A DNA stretch of 64,000 bases from Octopus vulgaris (GCA_951406725.2 OX597837.1:9734001-9798000); one strand, 5' to 3'. Shown: positions 29,791-44,312, numbered from the stretch's first letter. Notes: generated by a model from the letters alone, not told the origin. Numbers and translations: made by a program.

Positions 29791-30254
29791 ATGCACATGC
29801 ACACATACATACACACGCATAATACTCAGATATATAAATATTTCCTGTCTCTTTGTGTTCTTTCCTAAAACCTTTTGATAATATTATTACATATTCTCAC
29901 TTCTTCAACACAATAGACCAATCTATTTCCTAATATATAATGCATCTCTTGATTATTAATTCTGAGATTTCTACCCTCTCGTGTATAATTTGGTATATAA
30001 AGTAGCAGCAATTAAGCAGAGCTTTCGTCTGCTTTCCGAAAACTTCACAAAGATTAATTTTCATTTAAAAATTCCCACAAACACCGGTTTTGTATAACAG
30101 TCGTTCATTTTGTAAGGCGTTTGATTCCTGTTACGTCTACCACTGAACACTTAACATGTGCACAAGGCACACCGTGTTTCGGCCTTCTTTTTGTCATCAG
30201 AAGCAAAACGCTTTGTTTCTGAATATTAGATATGAAAGATATATCCATATATAT

Positions 30255-30292
<38 letters not shown>

Positions 30293-30373
30293 CAATTGCA
30301 GCGTGGAAGGTGTTTGTAAGCCATTTAAGAAACACACAAACACCGTTAGATTCACTTCAACATTTAAATTTAA

Positions 30374-30424
30374 TTTGTCAAAATATTTTCGTCGCTTTGA
30401 GACCGCGACCTGTTCACTGACAAA
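30374..30424 (-). ncRNA. Minimal type-I hammerhead ribozyme with G3-C8 core
   Basis: Minus: tttgtca GTGAACA g gtcgc ggtctcaaa gcgac GAAA ATAT TT tgacaaa: 7-bp stem I, 5-bp stem II, palindromic tetraloop. Confidence 0.65.
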
Positions 30425-30481
30425 ACTTTGTGCTGCATCTGATGCAGTACATATGAAGAGAAAGACAACTAGTTTTAAATC

Positions 30482-31750
30482 TCTGGGCGAGGAAGAGAAA
30501 TAGCCCAGAAACCATTAGTCTACAGGCATTGCTAAGGCTAGAAAGAGAGCATTAAACTCCCTTGTCATAGTATATGGACACAGACTATATGTCGGTAGCC
30601 AGCAGGAAAAAATGTTTTCCTGGGGCTAAAAAGTAGTAACATCGTCCTGTGCAGGACTGCCACATTATGTTGGCAAATAGATGACGTATATTGCACAAAG
30701 ACGACTTGCAGACATATAAGAATTAGAGAATCCATCAGAATATACATATTTTCGAATAAAATCAACTCCAATGTTTGCAGGAACTAAAGAGGGGACCTAT
30801 AATGTCCCCTTAACATGCAGCATCACACAAGCATATAGGAGACCCACCATCAATATTTGTAATTGTATTAACACTAAGGAAAATTTCTTCGCAACTGCCT
30901 AAAGTGAATAAGATAGAATGGTTACCTACCGTTAATTTAGGTGACGTCCTAGACAGAAAATAGCACTGAAAGACCAATAAATATCAGCCAACCGAAAACG
31001 TTTTGCATATAAAAAAAGAATTCTATCCACAAAATGAATGCTGTCACCACTCACTGTCTCCTTCGCTCTCTCTTATGTCCTCTCTGTCTGTGATATTAAA
31101 ATATAAACTAACAATGTAGATAAAGATATATAACATGCAGCTTCAATTAAGCTACCTAGTCTTACAATATTGAACTTGAAGAAACATTTTTAAAGAATTA
31201 ACCAGAAGTAATACAGCAAACAGAAAATGACGTATAATTTGGTTTCACTTACCCTTCTCTAAAAATGTAATATCAGACATAGCTAGATATATCTTATCGC
31301 TCATCAAGAAATGTTTCCCAGTGTGTTACATGTAATACAGTTTTTTTTTTATCAAAAACAACATCAAAGTAAATTACAGCTGTACGAAAAAAATTTCCCA
31401 GTAGCATATTAATAATGTCTGTGATGCTAATGACCAGTTTGAAAAATATCCAGGTAGTTGTGTGTCACTGAATTCAAATCCTAATTGGAAATGTGTAACG
31501 AAAGCAATTATAAATGAAACGAAGATACAATCTAAGTCAGGGGCAGAGATTTAACCAGAGAGACAGAGATAATGCCAAAACTTCGCTACTAAAACGAATT
31601 TTGCTGAGCAACTTACAAGTTCTGATTGTTTTATGAATACGTAAAAAAAAAAAATGGAGATCAACCTGATTAATACGAGACCGAATTCGAACTTAAATTT
31701 CATTAGCATTTAACAAATTTCTTAATTGATTAATATCTCTAGACACTTTA
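30482..31750 (+). mobile_element. Decayed Penelope-like element: 5' hammerhead-bearing leader plus ORF remnant
   Basis: 30482-30680 is homologous to the hammerhead unit at 57153-57450; 31220-31400 translates (with stops and frameshifts) to NRK*RIIWFHLPFSKNVISDIARYILSLIKKCFP...NNIKVNYSC, resembling the PLE RT-EN linker. Confidence 0.65.
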
Positions 31751-32221
31751 AATTACACGCACAAATACACACACACATACATTTATATGTATATGTAGGT
31801 ATGTATATATGCATGTATATATATATATATATACATACATACAAATAAATATATATATATATTTACATTTACATATATATGTATGTATATATGTATGCAT
31901 GCATGTATATATACATACATACATATACGTATATAATACATAGATTATTTTTATATGTATAGATATATATATATATACATATATACACATACGTTGTGTG
32001 TGTATATAAGTGTGAGTGTGAGTGTGTGTCTGTGTGTCTGTGTGTGTGTGTGATTGTGAGTGTACATTCGAATCTATTTGCAATCGTTTTCGTGCATAAG
32101 ACTTTACGAATGTATATAATCTTATGCTTATATTGACACCGTGTCTCTATACAGGAACATACAAAGATGCACTCACACACACATACACACACAGAGAGAC
32201 ACAGTTACATATATATACATG

Positions 32222-32273
<52 letters not shown>

Positions 32274-32283
32274 ATGTGTTATG

Positions 32284-32327
<44 letters not shown>

Positions 32328-32424
32328 TGTGTGTACATGTGTGCGTGAATAATTATACACACATGCAAGTCTCTGGATGAGAGCATATTTAACGCACCTT
32401 GCTCATCTGTATATCTTGTGCTGC

Positions 32425-32955
32425 TTAAGAACGCAACACACAGCCTGACCTGAGAATCGAACTCACTACTTCATGATTGGTTAGAGCGTCGGGCTCACGA
32501 TCACGAGGTAACGAGTTCGATTCCATGACTGAGCTGTGTGTTGTGTTGTGTTCTTGAGCAAGACACTTTATTTCACGTTGCTTCAGTTCACTCAGCTGTA
32601 GAAAAGAGTTGCGACGTCGCAGGTGCCAAGCTGTATCGGCCCCTTTGCCTTTCCCTTGGACAACATCAGTGGCGTAGAGAGGAGAGGCTGGTATGCATGG
32701 GCGACTGCTGGTCTTCCATAAACAACCTTGTCTGGGCCTGTGTTTTGAAGGGGAACTTTCTAAGTGCAATCCCATGGTCATACATGACCGAATGGTGTCT
32801 TTGTGAGTTCGATTCCCGGACCGGGCTGCATGTTGTGTTCTTGAGCAAGGCACTTTATTTCACGTTGCTTCAGTTCACTCAGCTGTAGAAATGAGTTGCG
32901 ACGTCACTGGTGCCAAGCTGTATCGGCCCCTTTTGCCTTTTGCCTTCCCCTTGTT
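32425..32955 (+). mobile_element. Cluster of family B SINEs (tail type iv), partially tandem
   Basis: gagttcgattcc...ttcttgagcaag.cactttatttcacgttgcttcagttcactcagctgtagaa occurs twice; inverted head fragment at 32425-32480. Confidence 0.8.
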
Positions 32956-34274
32956 CCTCATGTACAAGTACGTGCGTATTCATCCTTATTATACTTATTT
33001 CATTCAATCTGAAAAGGCTGCAGCGGAAGCATGTCTTCGACTAATTCCGAAGTGTAGTGGACTTATTTTGTGCGAGGCTTTTGGCTCTCCCTGTATTTAT
33101 GCATGCATGCATGCATGCATGTATGTAATTAGGATTTGCCATTTACGCCGTCACTCGAAATTTCTATGTGAGCGCTTTCTCAGCTCAAAAGTCAAATATT
33201 TTACATGTCAGAAATGAGCAAAATGCCGAAATTTCAAATGTAGCAGAAACATAAACGTCCATTGCTAGGACCAGTCACATGTGGCGTGTGATTAACATGT
33301 AGATTAAGCATTAATATAGTAATAAATTATAGATGATGTAAGGCGGTGATGTGGTGGTGGAGACACACGAATAATTTTCGAGTAATGAAGGAATTTGAAA
33401 TGAAATAAAATAAACTAACAGCGGAGTAATAAAAATTAGAGTTAGCTGAATGACAATTAAAATTAATGTGTAATTAATAATGTGGGGAGATAACCAAGCA
33501 GCTGAGAGATTATTAAAACAGTAACTGAATAACAATATTAATTAGAAATGAAAGTGAAATGAAAGAGAGATAATTTGGAAGCGGGGTAATTATGGGAAAG
33601 GGTAATTATTAGAATAATTAAATACTTGAAGGAATTAAGGGGAAATTGTTGTAAATGTATCAATCGAGGCAACTTAAAGCGATGCTAAAATGTGGAAATT
33701 GGAAACTTGAAGAAATGTATTAATTTCTGAGACATTAACCCAAAATTTTTAAGATATAAACCTTAAATTTATAGTATATGAGCTTAAAATTTATAAGATT
33801 GTAAATTTAGAATTTATAAGACACGAAGATGAAATTAATTATTTCAAAAGTAATTTTCAGTTTATATCACTGCTGTAACCTTGTGGTGTTCAAAGTGCCG
33901 GAAGACTCAATGATAAGTTTATGGATAGTAATTGCCGCTTTGTTGGGCTCAAAGCGTAACACATTCTGTGGTATCTGGTTGCGATGTCTTCATCAGATTC
34001 TGTATTTATAAGTTCAAACTTTGCTAGGTTTAGTTTCAAGCGCATAAACATTTTGGTATATAAGTATTCGAATCTAAGAACTGAATCCGGTGGAATATTT
34101 AAATGCCGGAGCATAGATTCAGGTCTAACATCTATTTCGAAGAAGCTTCGGCTCTAAAGCTTTGTCATTGTTCAGTTTTATTTGAAGATTTCTTGCCTAT
34201 AGAGATAAAACCTGTTTCTAACCCAGATCCAAGGCTACTTCATTAGAATTTCAACATCTACAACAGGGTATTTT

Positions 34275-34985
34275 TGTATGTATATATGTATGTATATATG
34301 TATGTACGTATGTATGTACGTATGTATGTATGTACGTACGTATGTATGTATGTATTTATGTATGTATATATGTATGTATGTACGTACGTATGTATGTATG
34401 TATGTATGTATATATGTATGTATTTATGTATGTATATATGTATGTACGTATGTATGTATGTACGTACGTATGTATGTATGTATGTATGTATGTATGTACG
34501 TATGTATGTATGTATGTATGTATGTATGTATGTATGTGTGTATGTATGTATGTATGTATGTATGTATGTATGTATGTATGTATGTATGTATGTATGTATG
34601 TATGTATGTGTGTATGTATGTATGTATGTATGTATGTACGTATGTATGTACGTACGTATGTATGTATGTATGTATATATGTATATATGTGTGTGTGTATG
34701 TGTGTATGTATGTATGTATATGTATGAATGTATGTATGTATGTATGTATGTATGTATGTATGTATGTATGTATGTATGTATGTATGTATGTATGTATGTA
34801 TGTATGTATGTATGTATGTATGTATGTATGTATGTATGTATGTATGTATGTATGTATGTGTGTATGTATGTATGTATGTATGTACGTATGTATGTATGTA
34901 TGTACGTATGTATGTATGTATGTATGTATATATGTATGTATGTATGTGTGTGTGTATGTATGTATATGTATGAATGTATGTATGT
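34275..34985. repeat. (TATG)n tetranucleotide array
   Basis: Directly visible; source of the MYVC ORFs. Confidence 0.95.
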
Positions 34986-35319
34986 TTGTGTGTACTTTTT
35001 ATTTTCAATATGTATGTTAACTTGTTGATTTTAAGTTTTAAAAGCCCCGAATTTTTTTTTTCTGATTGTGAGACATTTACTCACAAAGCGAAGTGTATCA
35101 ATTATTATAGGTATAAATGTGAATATATAGTCTGAGCGTTAGAAGTTCAAGGTTCCGAAGTAGTTCTCCGTAGTTATCCTCTTTCAACTTGATTTTCCAA
35201 GAGATATTCACATCAGCAGGGCAGTTGAGTACATTCGTGTGTCTGTGCGTGCGTATATATGGCCTCAGGTTGAATGCAACCAATTTCTGGCAGCTAATCA
35301 GTTTTTCAGTGTACGTGGT

Positions 35320-35562
35320 AGTGAATATTCAAGACTATTTCGACTCACAAGGCACATGGATGTACAAGATCAAACTGCTGTACTAAACGAGCACCTGATT
35401 GAAACACATGGAAATTAATGCGGCACATGCAACAAAAAAATGCTAGGCGCTTGCTGGCTTCAAAAACCATTGAGGACCCACATGGCCGTCAAAAAATAAA
35501 AGAACAGAAACGAGATAATTTGTCAGTGGTGGCCATGCTCGTCTAACCAGTCGACAGCCATC
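35320..35562 (+). mobile_element. Decayed RTE-like LINE 3' end
   Basis: CGTCNKK...LAGFK..LRTH-like remnant followed by gtggccatgctcgtct, similar to 24530-24650. Confidence 0.4.
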
Positions 35563-36043
35563 ACGTCTTTAAGGCCAAATAGATAGATGGATATATGTAG
35601 GTAAACAGAAACGTACATAACGCATCTACATCCTTGGCAAAGCGAGAAAAAAACACATGAAGTAATGAAAATTTGAATTATCCAATCAACGAAACTAACT
35701 TATCATTGAATTATAAAAGAGACGGGTTATTACATTGACACGTATAGCCTTAAGCTAATTCTCAACGTGAATCAAAGTGGAAGTAAGTGACAAGGTTATA
35801 CTTTCAATTACATGCTTTTCCAAACAGCTTCCGTCTTCAAATTATATTCATAAGGCTTGAACTTTCTAGAGGCTATGTTAAAAGACAATTACCTGAGATG
35901 TTACACGGTGGAGGCTACAGATCATGATTTGCCGTGTAGATTTTCCTAACCAAGCTGCTTAGCCAGCGTATTCTACTTCTACGTGAATGCATGTATGCTT
36001 GTTCAAATACATGAATAAGAGTGCGTATGTGTGTCTATCTGTA

Positions 36044-36098
<55 letters not shown>

Positions 36099-36329
36099 TT
36101 AATAATAAAATATTAGGGAATAAATCCAAACTTACAGGGAAAAATCAGATTTAGGATTAAATCCAATTTTATAGTATAAATATATTATATTAAATTATAT
36201 TATATTAGAGATAAAACCACTATTAGGTAAATCAAACAATGAAAAACATAAGCCAATACATAAAATTAATTAATTTATATTATTTTAAATATATATCAAA
36301 AGTATTAAAAGTTTAATAAAAGATAAAGA

Positions 36330-36370
<41 letters not shown>

Positions 36371-36487
36371 GAAAATAGTAAAAAGTGAAAAAACTACAGA
36401 AGGCTTAAATGTTAAAAAATATATATTTGCGTAAATATGTCTGAAGAATATTAAAAAAATTTTTTCTCTTATAATGACATAGTTTTG

Positions 36488-36526
36488 AAGAAAGACCGGT
36501 TTCGCATTTAGCTTTTCAAATTTCTT
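36488..36526 (-). ncRNA. Minimal hammerhead in PLE 3' UTR with U3-A8 core
   Basis: Minus: aagaaa t TTGAAAA gc taaat gc GAAA CCGG TC tttctt; 110 nt downstream of the GIY-YIG stop, same strand. Confidence 0.65.
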
Positions 36527-36635
36527 ACGACGTTATGTTTATGTTGAATAGAGTTATCGTTATGTTTATGTTCAAAAGAGTTCTAAATAAGGGGAGGTAA
36601 TGAGTGATTTCTTCCGGTGTAAGGGAGATAATCGC

Positions 36636-37392
36636 TTAAAAAGTTTTTCCTTTCCCTTGGTGCGAATTTCTCTGTATCAGTATGTTGGGATGGTTAAGTC
36701 TGGGCTTGTACTTTTCAATGAAGAATGTTTCCTTGTTTAGTCTAATTTGTGTTGATGATCCGATAGCACATTGGTAAAATGGAAAGATTAAAAATTGTGG
36801 TAGTAGTTGCTTTGCGCATTTCTCAATGTGCTCACTAAAAGGTATCATTCTGTATTCTGGGAATGCAATCTGTTGTCGATGCAGTGTGCATCTACGTCTG
36901 AGTGATAGTCCCGTGGATCCCACGTAGTCTTGGTGGCAGTCCGAGCATTTTATGACATAAATTATGTTTTCAGAGGCATAAGTAAAGTTAGATTTGATCT
37001 TGAATTTCTGTCCCTCTTTAAAGAAGAATTCTGATCCTTCTAGCAGGTTTGGACATGTTGCACAGTTCGATCTACCACATTTTTTTACTTTTGCATCCGT
37101 AATTTCAAAAGACAATTTTGCCTTTGTAAGAATCTTTTTAAGTGATTTGGGTTGTTTGTAGCTTTTAATGATTTGGTGTATGTTTAGAATTTCCTTTAAT
37201 TTGGGGTCCTTATGAAGTATTGGTAAATTCTGGGTGATGATGGTGAAGGCTTCTTTGTTTCTGGGGTTGTATGTAGATATGTAAGGTAGTATTTTCGGGG
37301 AAGGTGTGTTGTTGTGTTGAACTTTTCTTAAAGTTTCTATGTTGATTTCTGTTGCACGTCTGATCCCATCCTCTATGAGTTGAGCTGGGTAA
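36636..37392 (-). CDS. Penelope-like GIY-YIG endonuclease (C-terminal part of the PLE ORF)
   Basis: [75 protein letters not shown]; uninterrupted. Confidence 0.9.
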
Positions 37393-37545
37393 TACCAATA
37401 CCAATACAAAAATTTTTTTAATATTCTTCAGACATATTGACGCAAATATATATTTTTTAACATTTATGCCTTCTGTAGTTTTTTCACTTTTTAATATTTT
37501 CTATATATTCAACCACGTGCTTTCACAAACCAACTTTCTTATATA

Positions 37546-37624
<79 letters not shown>

Positions 37625-37638
37625 TATATATATATACG

Positions 37639-37671
<33 letters not shown>

Positions 37672-37673
37672 CC

Positions 37674-37707
<34 letters not shown>

Positions 37708-37828
37708 CCATATATATATATTGATAGAAATGGTAAGACAACAAAAGAATGAAAGAGACCTCGATATTATGTAAATAGAGGAATTTATCTGTAAATGTTG
37801 TAATATGTGACAATTGTTCGGTAGCCAT

Positions 37829-37889
37829 GATAAAACTCCGAGTTTCGGATATCGGGGCGGAAACCCACGCCGCCATCTCTTCAGTTATC
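37829..37889 (-). ncRNA. Type-I hammerhead ribozyme, canonical core
   Basis: Minus: gataa CTGAAGA gat ggcgg cgtgggttt ccgcc ccgat atc c GAAA ctcggag TT ttatc. Confidence 0.72.
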
Positions 37890-37946
37890 TGGCCATCAGA
37901 AAATTTTTTCCGATATACAGATATATATTCATATATATATATATAT

Positions 37947-38208
<262 letters not shown>

Positions 38209-38276
38209 TCTAGTTGTGTGAGTGTCTGTCCCCTTCGACTTATATATATCCATGTATATATATATATATATATGTG

Positions 38277-38351
<75 letters not shown>

Positions 38352-38424
38352 ATTTTATATAAAATATCGTGTGTATATATATGCACCTGTTTGCTTCTCC
38401 CCCTTCCCTCCCTCGTAGCTGTAT

Positions 38425-38597
38425 CAATATGAAGGAGACCAGCGTTCTTTTAGAACAACGACTTCATGGCTCGAAGACACCAAAACAGAAATGGCTCAAG
38501 AAAGCCCGAATTGGCATCTATAAGGGAAGTAACTCTCTAAAAATGCTTATATAGTTATTTCCCTTACAAACCCGAGCAACGCCGGGCGATACTGCAA

Positions 38598-38599
<2 letters not shown>
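38425..38599 (+). mobile_element. Probable Helitron 3' terminus
   Basis: GC hairpin cccg-agcaacgc-cggg (38571-38586) about 10 nt before a CTAG-like end (gcaagt); 5' boundary uncertain. Confidence 0.5.
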
Positions 38600-38639
<40 letters not shown>

Positions 38640-39245
38640 TTGGAAAAACCGTCAGTATTATACGCAAGCGCATTGATGTGTATGGGTAAGTTTCTTTCTT
38701 ATAACAGTGACACCTACCGTCTGTTTGTGTCTTTTCACACATATTTATATGTGTGTGTGCATGCGTGTATATATATATATATATATGTATGTATATATAT
38801 ATGGCTATGTGAATGTAGGTGTATATGTCGCCGTAGAAGTGCCACGACTTTGTAAGTCTGCATAAATATAAACTATCATACTAAAAAATACGCAGGCATT
38901 TCTGTTTAGTTGACCTGTCACAAAAGTACAAATCCATATATACATACATACGTATATTTTGGGGGTGTTTTTTTTCTGTGCTTATCTCTCGTGTGTCTAC
39001 ATATTTTTCACTCGATGGTGACGTCCTGTACACACTGCGTATTTTATAATTTATGCAGATATATACGTATATATATGTACATATGTATGAATGGATGTGT
39101 ATATGTATGTGTGTACGAGTGTGTGTGTATGTGTGTATTTATGTACCTGTGTGCGCGTTTTTGTGTGTATTACACGTTACATATCATATACACTTTAAAG
39201 CACATTTCCTACAGAACTACGAATATATACATACTGTTATTGTTA

Positions 39246-39315
<70 letters not shown>

Positions 39316-39416
39316 TATTATTATTACCATCATTATCATTGTCATTATTCTTATTGTTGTTGTTATTATTGTTATTATTATTACTATTATTATTATTATT
39401 ACTTTTATTATTATTG

Positions 39417-39475
<59 letters not shown>

Positions 39476-39819
39476 GTCGATCCGCAAATCACTTCACACC
39501 ATATATATATATGCCTGTGTATGTATGTGCGCATGTCTATATGCACATATAAGTGTATGCATGAGTAAATACGTACGTGTGTATGTATATATACAAGCAT
39601 ATACACATATATGTATGTATGTACGTATGTATATATGTATGTTTGTATGTACATGTGTGTGTGTGCGTGTGTATAGAATTCAATGGTATTCTCTATTATC
39701 TAGTTATGTTTGCATAACATTGGTTGTTTACGGACTGATAGCTGATCACGGGTGTTAGTATGCACACAGGTGGGTGTATATTTGTATATAATTACGTACG
39801 CATATGTCAATACACACAC

Positions 39820-39890
<71 letters not shown>

Positions 39891-40055
39891 GTTTCCGAGC
39901 AAATCTCACTGTTGGACGCACTTTTTATCGGCTGTCGACTGAAGATCTCAAACATTTCGGTACTTTCATATTCTTACACACACATACACACTCATTCACA
40001 CAAAAATTACACGCACCCACATACACATATAGACAAACACATATGTATATATATA

Positions 40056-40140
<85 letters not shown>

Positions 40141-40146
40141 CTCTGT

Positions 40147-40190
<44 letters not shown>

Positions 40191-40379
40191 ATATACATAC
40201 ATATATAAGTATGTGTAAGTAAATATACGTGTGTATGTAAATATATATATATATATATATAATCACATATGTATTTTGCAGAAAGTCACATATACACACA
40301 TCACACATGCGTATAGATATATTATATATACATACAGACCTACATCCTTCCATATCTACCTAAACACAGGACTGTCCCT

Positions 40380-40423
<44 letters not shown>

Positions 40424-40877
40424 TACGCATGCATATATATATATATATATACATGTCTCTCCTCACACCTCTACCCATCTCCATCTCCTTATATTACAAA
40501 CAAACAAAACCAGCTTCTCATCAATATTTATACTTGCCGAATCTTCTATTTTATCACAAAATAATCTGCTCCTGTCTTGACATCTTTCGCTGAATTATGT
40601 CAAACCCACAGGAATGGCATTATTTTGATTTATTTATCAACGTCTTCAAAATGTTCGGCTTTTTTGGCGGTTTCTTGGGTTTGTTTCTGTGTTTGTTTGT
40701 TTCTGTATTTGTTTGTTTGTTTGTTGATGTTTTCGTTTCTGCTTCTATTTCGTGCTTATCTCTTTTTTTTCTTTTTTCTTTTTTGGTCAGGCGTGAATTC
40801 GATGATATGGTCTTGATGTATTTCAGCTTATATGCATCTATGTATATATGTACATGTATATATGTATATATGTATGT

Positions 40878-40940
<63 letters not shown>

Positions 40941-41139
40941 TATCGCTATGTATGAGTACATATACATATATATATACATATATATATTTGTTTATAGCTA
41001 TGTATGTATACTTTTACATATATTTATATATGTGTATATATATATTTATGTGTGTGTATGTGTGTGTGTGTATATGTATATGTATATGTATATATGTATA
41101 TATGTATATATATATGTATATATATGTATATATATATAT

Positions 41140-41410
41140 TACGACGACGATGATGAGGTTGACGACGAAGTTGACGTTGACGGCGACGATGATGGTAAAG
41201 CTGATGATGTTTTTCGGTTTACATACACACTTACATACACCAAGACACACACACACACATTTAAATACGTATGGATGTATGTTCATATATGCATATATGT
41301 TTATATCTGTGTATGTACACACATATATGTATATATACATTATGACGACGATGATGAGGTTGACGACGAAGTTGACGTTGACGGCGACGATGACGGTAAG
41401 GCTGGTGAGG
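41140..41410. repeat. ~70-bp direct duplication (gacgacgatgatgaggttgacgacgaagttgacg...)
   Basis: 41140-41208 is repeated at 41341-41409. Confidence 0.85.
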
Positions 41411-41875
41411 AGGAGAGGTAGAGGAGGAGTGGAGGATAACGAAAAGGCAGGGAGGGGAATAAGTAGGTGGGTAGGGGAAGGTAGTGGTGATGGTTGTGGT
41501 TGTGGTGGTGGTGGAGGAGGAGGAAAAGGTGGAAAGTAGAGGAGGAGGACGAGGGTAGATAGGAAGAAGGAGAGGTGGAGGTGGAAGAGGATGAGGATGA
41601 GGCGGAAAATGAACATGATGTCCATAATAATGTAGAACGTGTTGAAAATATGCCTGGATTTTACTTTTTTATATAATGAAATATAATTTTTTCGTTCCGC
41701 CATATTCTTTATTTTTTCCGTTTTTCAATCGTTCTTTCCTCATATTCTTCTTCTCACAAATTTGTCCTTTTATATATTTATTTATTGTTTTGGGGATTTG
41801 GGGTTTTTTATGTCTTTCCTTTGTTTGTTGTTTTTTTTTTTGTTTTTTTTTGTTTTTTTTTGTTTTTTGCTGTAA

Positions 41876-42337
41876 AGACAGACGAAAAACCGGTAAGCAT
41901 TTCGGCCGGCGTGCTAACGTTTCTTGTTTCTTTATTGCCCACAAGGAGCTAAACACAGTGGGGACAAACCAGGACAGACAAACGGATTAAGTCGATTATA
42001 TCGACCCCAGTGCGTAACAGGTACTTAATTTATCGAACCCGAAAGGATGAAAGGCAAAGTCGACCTAGGCAGAATTTGAACTCAGAACATAAAGACAGAC
42101 GAAATACCTATTTCTTTACTACCCACAAAGGGCTAATCACAGAGGGGACAAACAAGGACAGACAAACGGATTAAGTCGATTATATCGACCCCAGTGCGTA
42201 ACAGGTACTTAATTTATCGACCCCGAAAGGATGAAAGGCAAAGTCGATCTCGGCGGAATTTGAACTCAGAACGTATCGGCAGACGAAATACGGCTACGCA
42301 TTTCGCCCGGCGTGCTAACGATTCTGCCAGCTCGCCA
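41876..42337 (-). mobile_element. SINE family A multimer
   Basis: Two body/tail units plus an additional head fragment. Confidence 0.85.
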
Positions 42338-42361
42338 TCTTATGCATGAACAAATATTATT

Positions 42362-42655
42362 GGGGCACTCCGTCGGTTACGACGACGAGTGTCCCAGCTG
42401 ATACGATCAACGGAATAGCTTGCTCGTGAAATTAACGGGCAAGTGGCTGAGCACTCCACAGACACGTGTACCCTTAACGTAGTTCTCAGGGAGATTCAGT
42501 GTGACACAGAGTGTGACAAGGCTGGCCCTTTGAAATACAGGTACTACTCATTTTTGCCGGCTGAGTGGACTGGTGCAATGTGAAATAAAGTGACTTGCTC
42601 AAGGACACCACGTTTCGCTGGGAATTGAACTCACGACCTTACGAATGTGAGCCGA
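42362..42655 (-). mobile_element. SINE family B (tail type i)
   Basis: gcactccgtcggttacgacgacgag...gtacccttaacgtagttctc is shared with 51199-51375. Confidence 0.82.
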
Positions 42656-42729
42656 GGAAAAAGTCTCTATGTTTTGCTCATTACAATGATTTTTACCGAA
42701 GCATATTTTAAAGGGAATCATATATTATC

Positions 42730-43140
42730 CTTTCATTCTTTTACTTGTTTCACTCAATTGACTGCGGCCATGCTGGAGCACCGCCTTAAAGGGTGTCAGA
42801 CGAAGAAATTGACCCGAGGACTTACTCTTCGTAAGCCTAGTACTTATGCTATTGGTATCTTTTGCCGAACCGCTAAGTTACGTGGACATAAACACACCAC
42901 CATCGATTGTCAAACGATAGCAGGGTGGCAAACACAGACACACACAAATATACACATATATGTGTATATATGTATACGACGGGCTTCTTCCAGTTTCCGT
43001 CTACCAAATACACTCACAAGGCTTTGGTCGGCCCGAGACTAAAGTAGAAGACAGTTGCCCAAGGTGCCACGTAATGGAACTGAACCCCGAATTATGTGAT
43101 TGTTATGCAAGCTTCTTACCACACAGCCAGGCTTGCGCCT
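42730..43140 (-). mobile_element. SINE family C, full length
   Basis: Head aggcgcaag..ggctgtgtggtaagaagcttgc, internal TA/CA tract, LINE-like tail. Confidence 0.82.
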
Positions 43141-43384
43141 CCCAATAATTCCGTTTAAAGTATATTCTTATTTAAAGTATATTTGTCGAATAATTGCTTC
43201 ATCCAGCAGGAAACTCGAGTTACGATGTATTTTCTATAACTAACATTATCATATACATTTCTCTTTACTAAAAGTAATGAATAAACCCTCTTTCCTTGGA
43301 GTAATCAAATATTATATATATGCAATACACATGTATGTACAGGTATATATATATGTGTGTGTATGTATATATATATATATATAT

Positions 43385-43415
<31 letters not shown>

Positions 43416-43493
43416 AATATATATATGTAAGCTGTATAGATATACTTCACTATATTCAAGGAATATAACATGAATATATATATATATAGATAT

Positions 43494-43606
<113 letters not shown>

Positions 43607-43729
43607 TCATGTTATATACCTTGAATATTAGTGTTGTATATCTATGCAACTTACATATATCAAATACTAGCATATATGTGTGTATATATCAATATATTTT
43701 CACTCACACACAAACACGCATACATATTC

Positions 43730-43763
<34 letters not shown>

Positions 43764-43778
43764 TCCGTATATATATAT

Positions 43779-43907
<129 letters not shown>

Positions 43908-44089
43908 TGCATATATACATATATAGGTGTGTATATATGAGGCAATCTGTAATATGGAAACATGTTGACTGTCTGCGAGACATCAAAGACAACGTAAAAT
44001 ATGAGTTCTGTCATTGTTGTCAGCCCCCAAAGAATTCCGTTGGAACTGGTTTGCTGTGTTTTGTTGCGTACAGTACACACACACATTTA

Positions 44090-44152
<63 letters not shown>

Positions 44153-44312
44153 TGCAGAGACTCGCAAATTCACACCAAGATTCTCGTCTAAAAACCTACA
44201 CACACATACATTGAATATGATTGGGTTGAAGATGTGAGAATGAGCGTACCGGAAAGTGTCAAGATCTGCGAAATGATATGCAAATATTGGATATTATATT
44301 TGTGTGTAGAAT

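Larger units (their letters stand above)
36098..37508 (-). mobile_element. 5'-truncated Penelope-like element with inverted partial terminal repeat
   Basis: GIY-YIG ORF plus AT-rich 3' UTR; 37408-37508 is an inverted copy of 36366-36464 (about 3 mismatches). Confidence 0.88.

Noticed and set aside
30168-30203. Minus-strand CTGATGA...GAAA cacggtg TG hammerhead-like motif
   Set aside because: No stem I pairing and G at the cleavage position; at best a relic.
33890-34114. 74-aa non-repetitive ORF
   Set aside because: No recognisable motif; length within chance expectation.
34207-34252. Minus-strand CTAATGA...GAAA CAGG TT motif
   Set aside because: G5 mutated and stem I unconvincing.
40597-41421. 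274-aa ORF with acidic DDDDEVDD repeats
   Set aside because: Mostly TA microsatellite; the acidic part is a local duplication of low-complexity GAC/GAT sequence.
43184-43227. GAAA CTCGAG TT with a stem II
   Set aside because: The CUGANGA box is absent; probable decayed relic.
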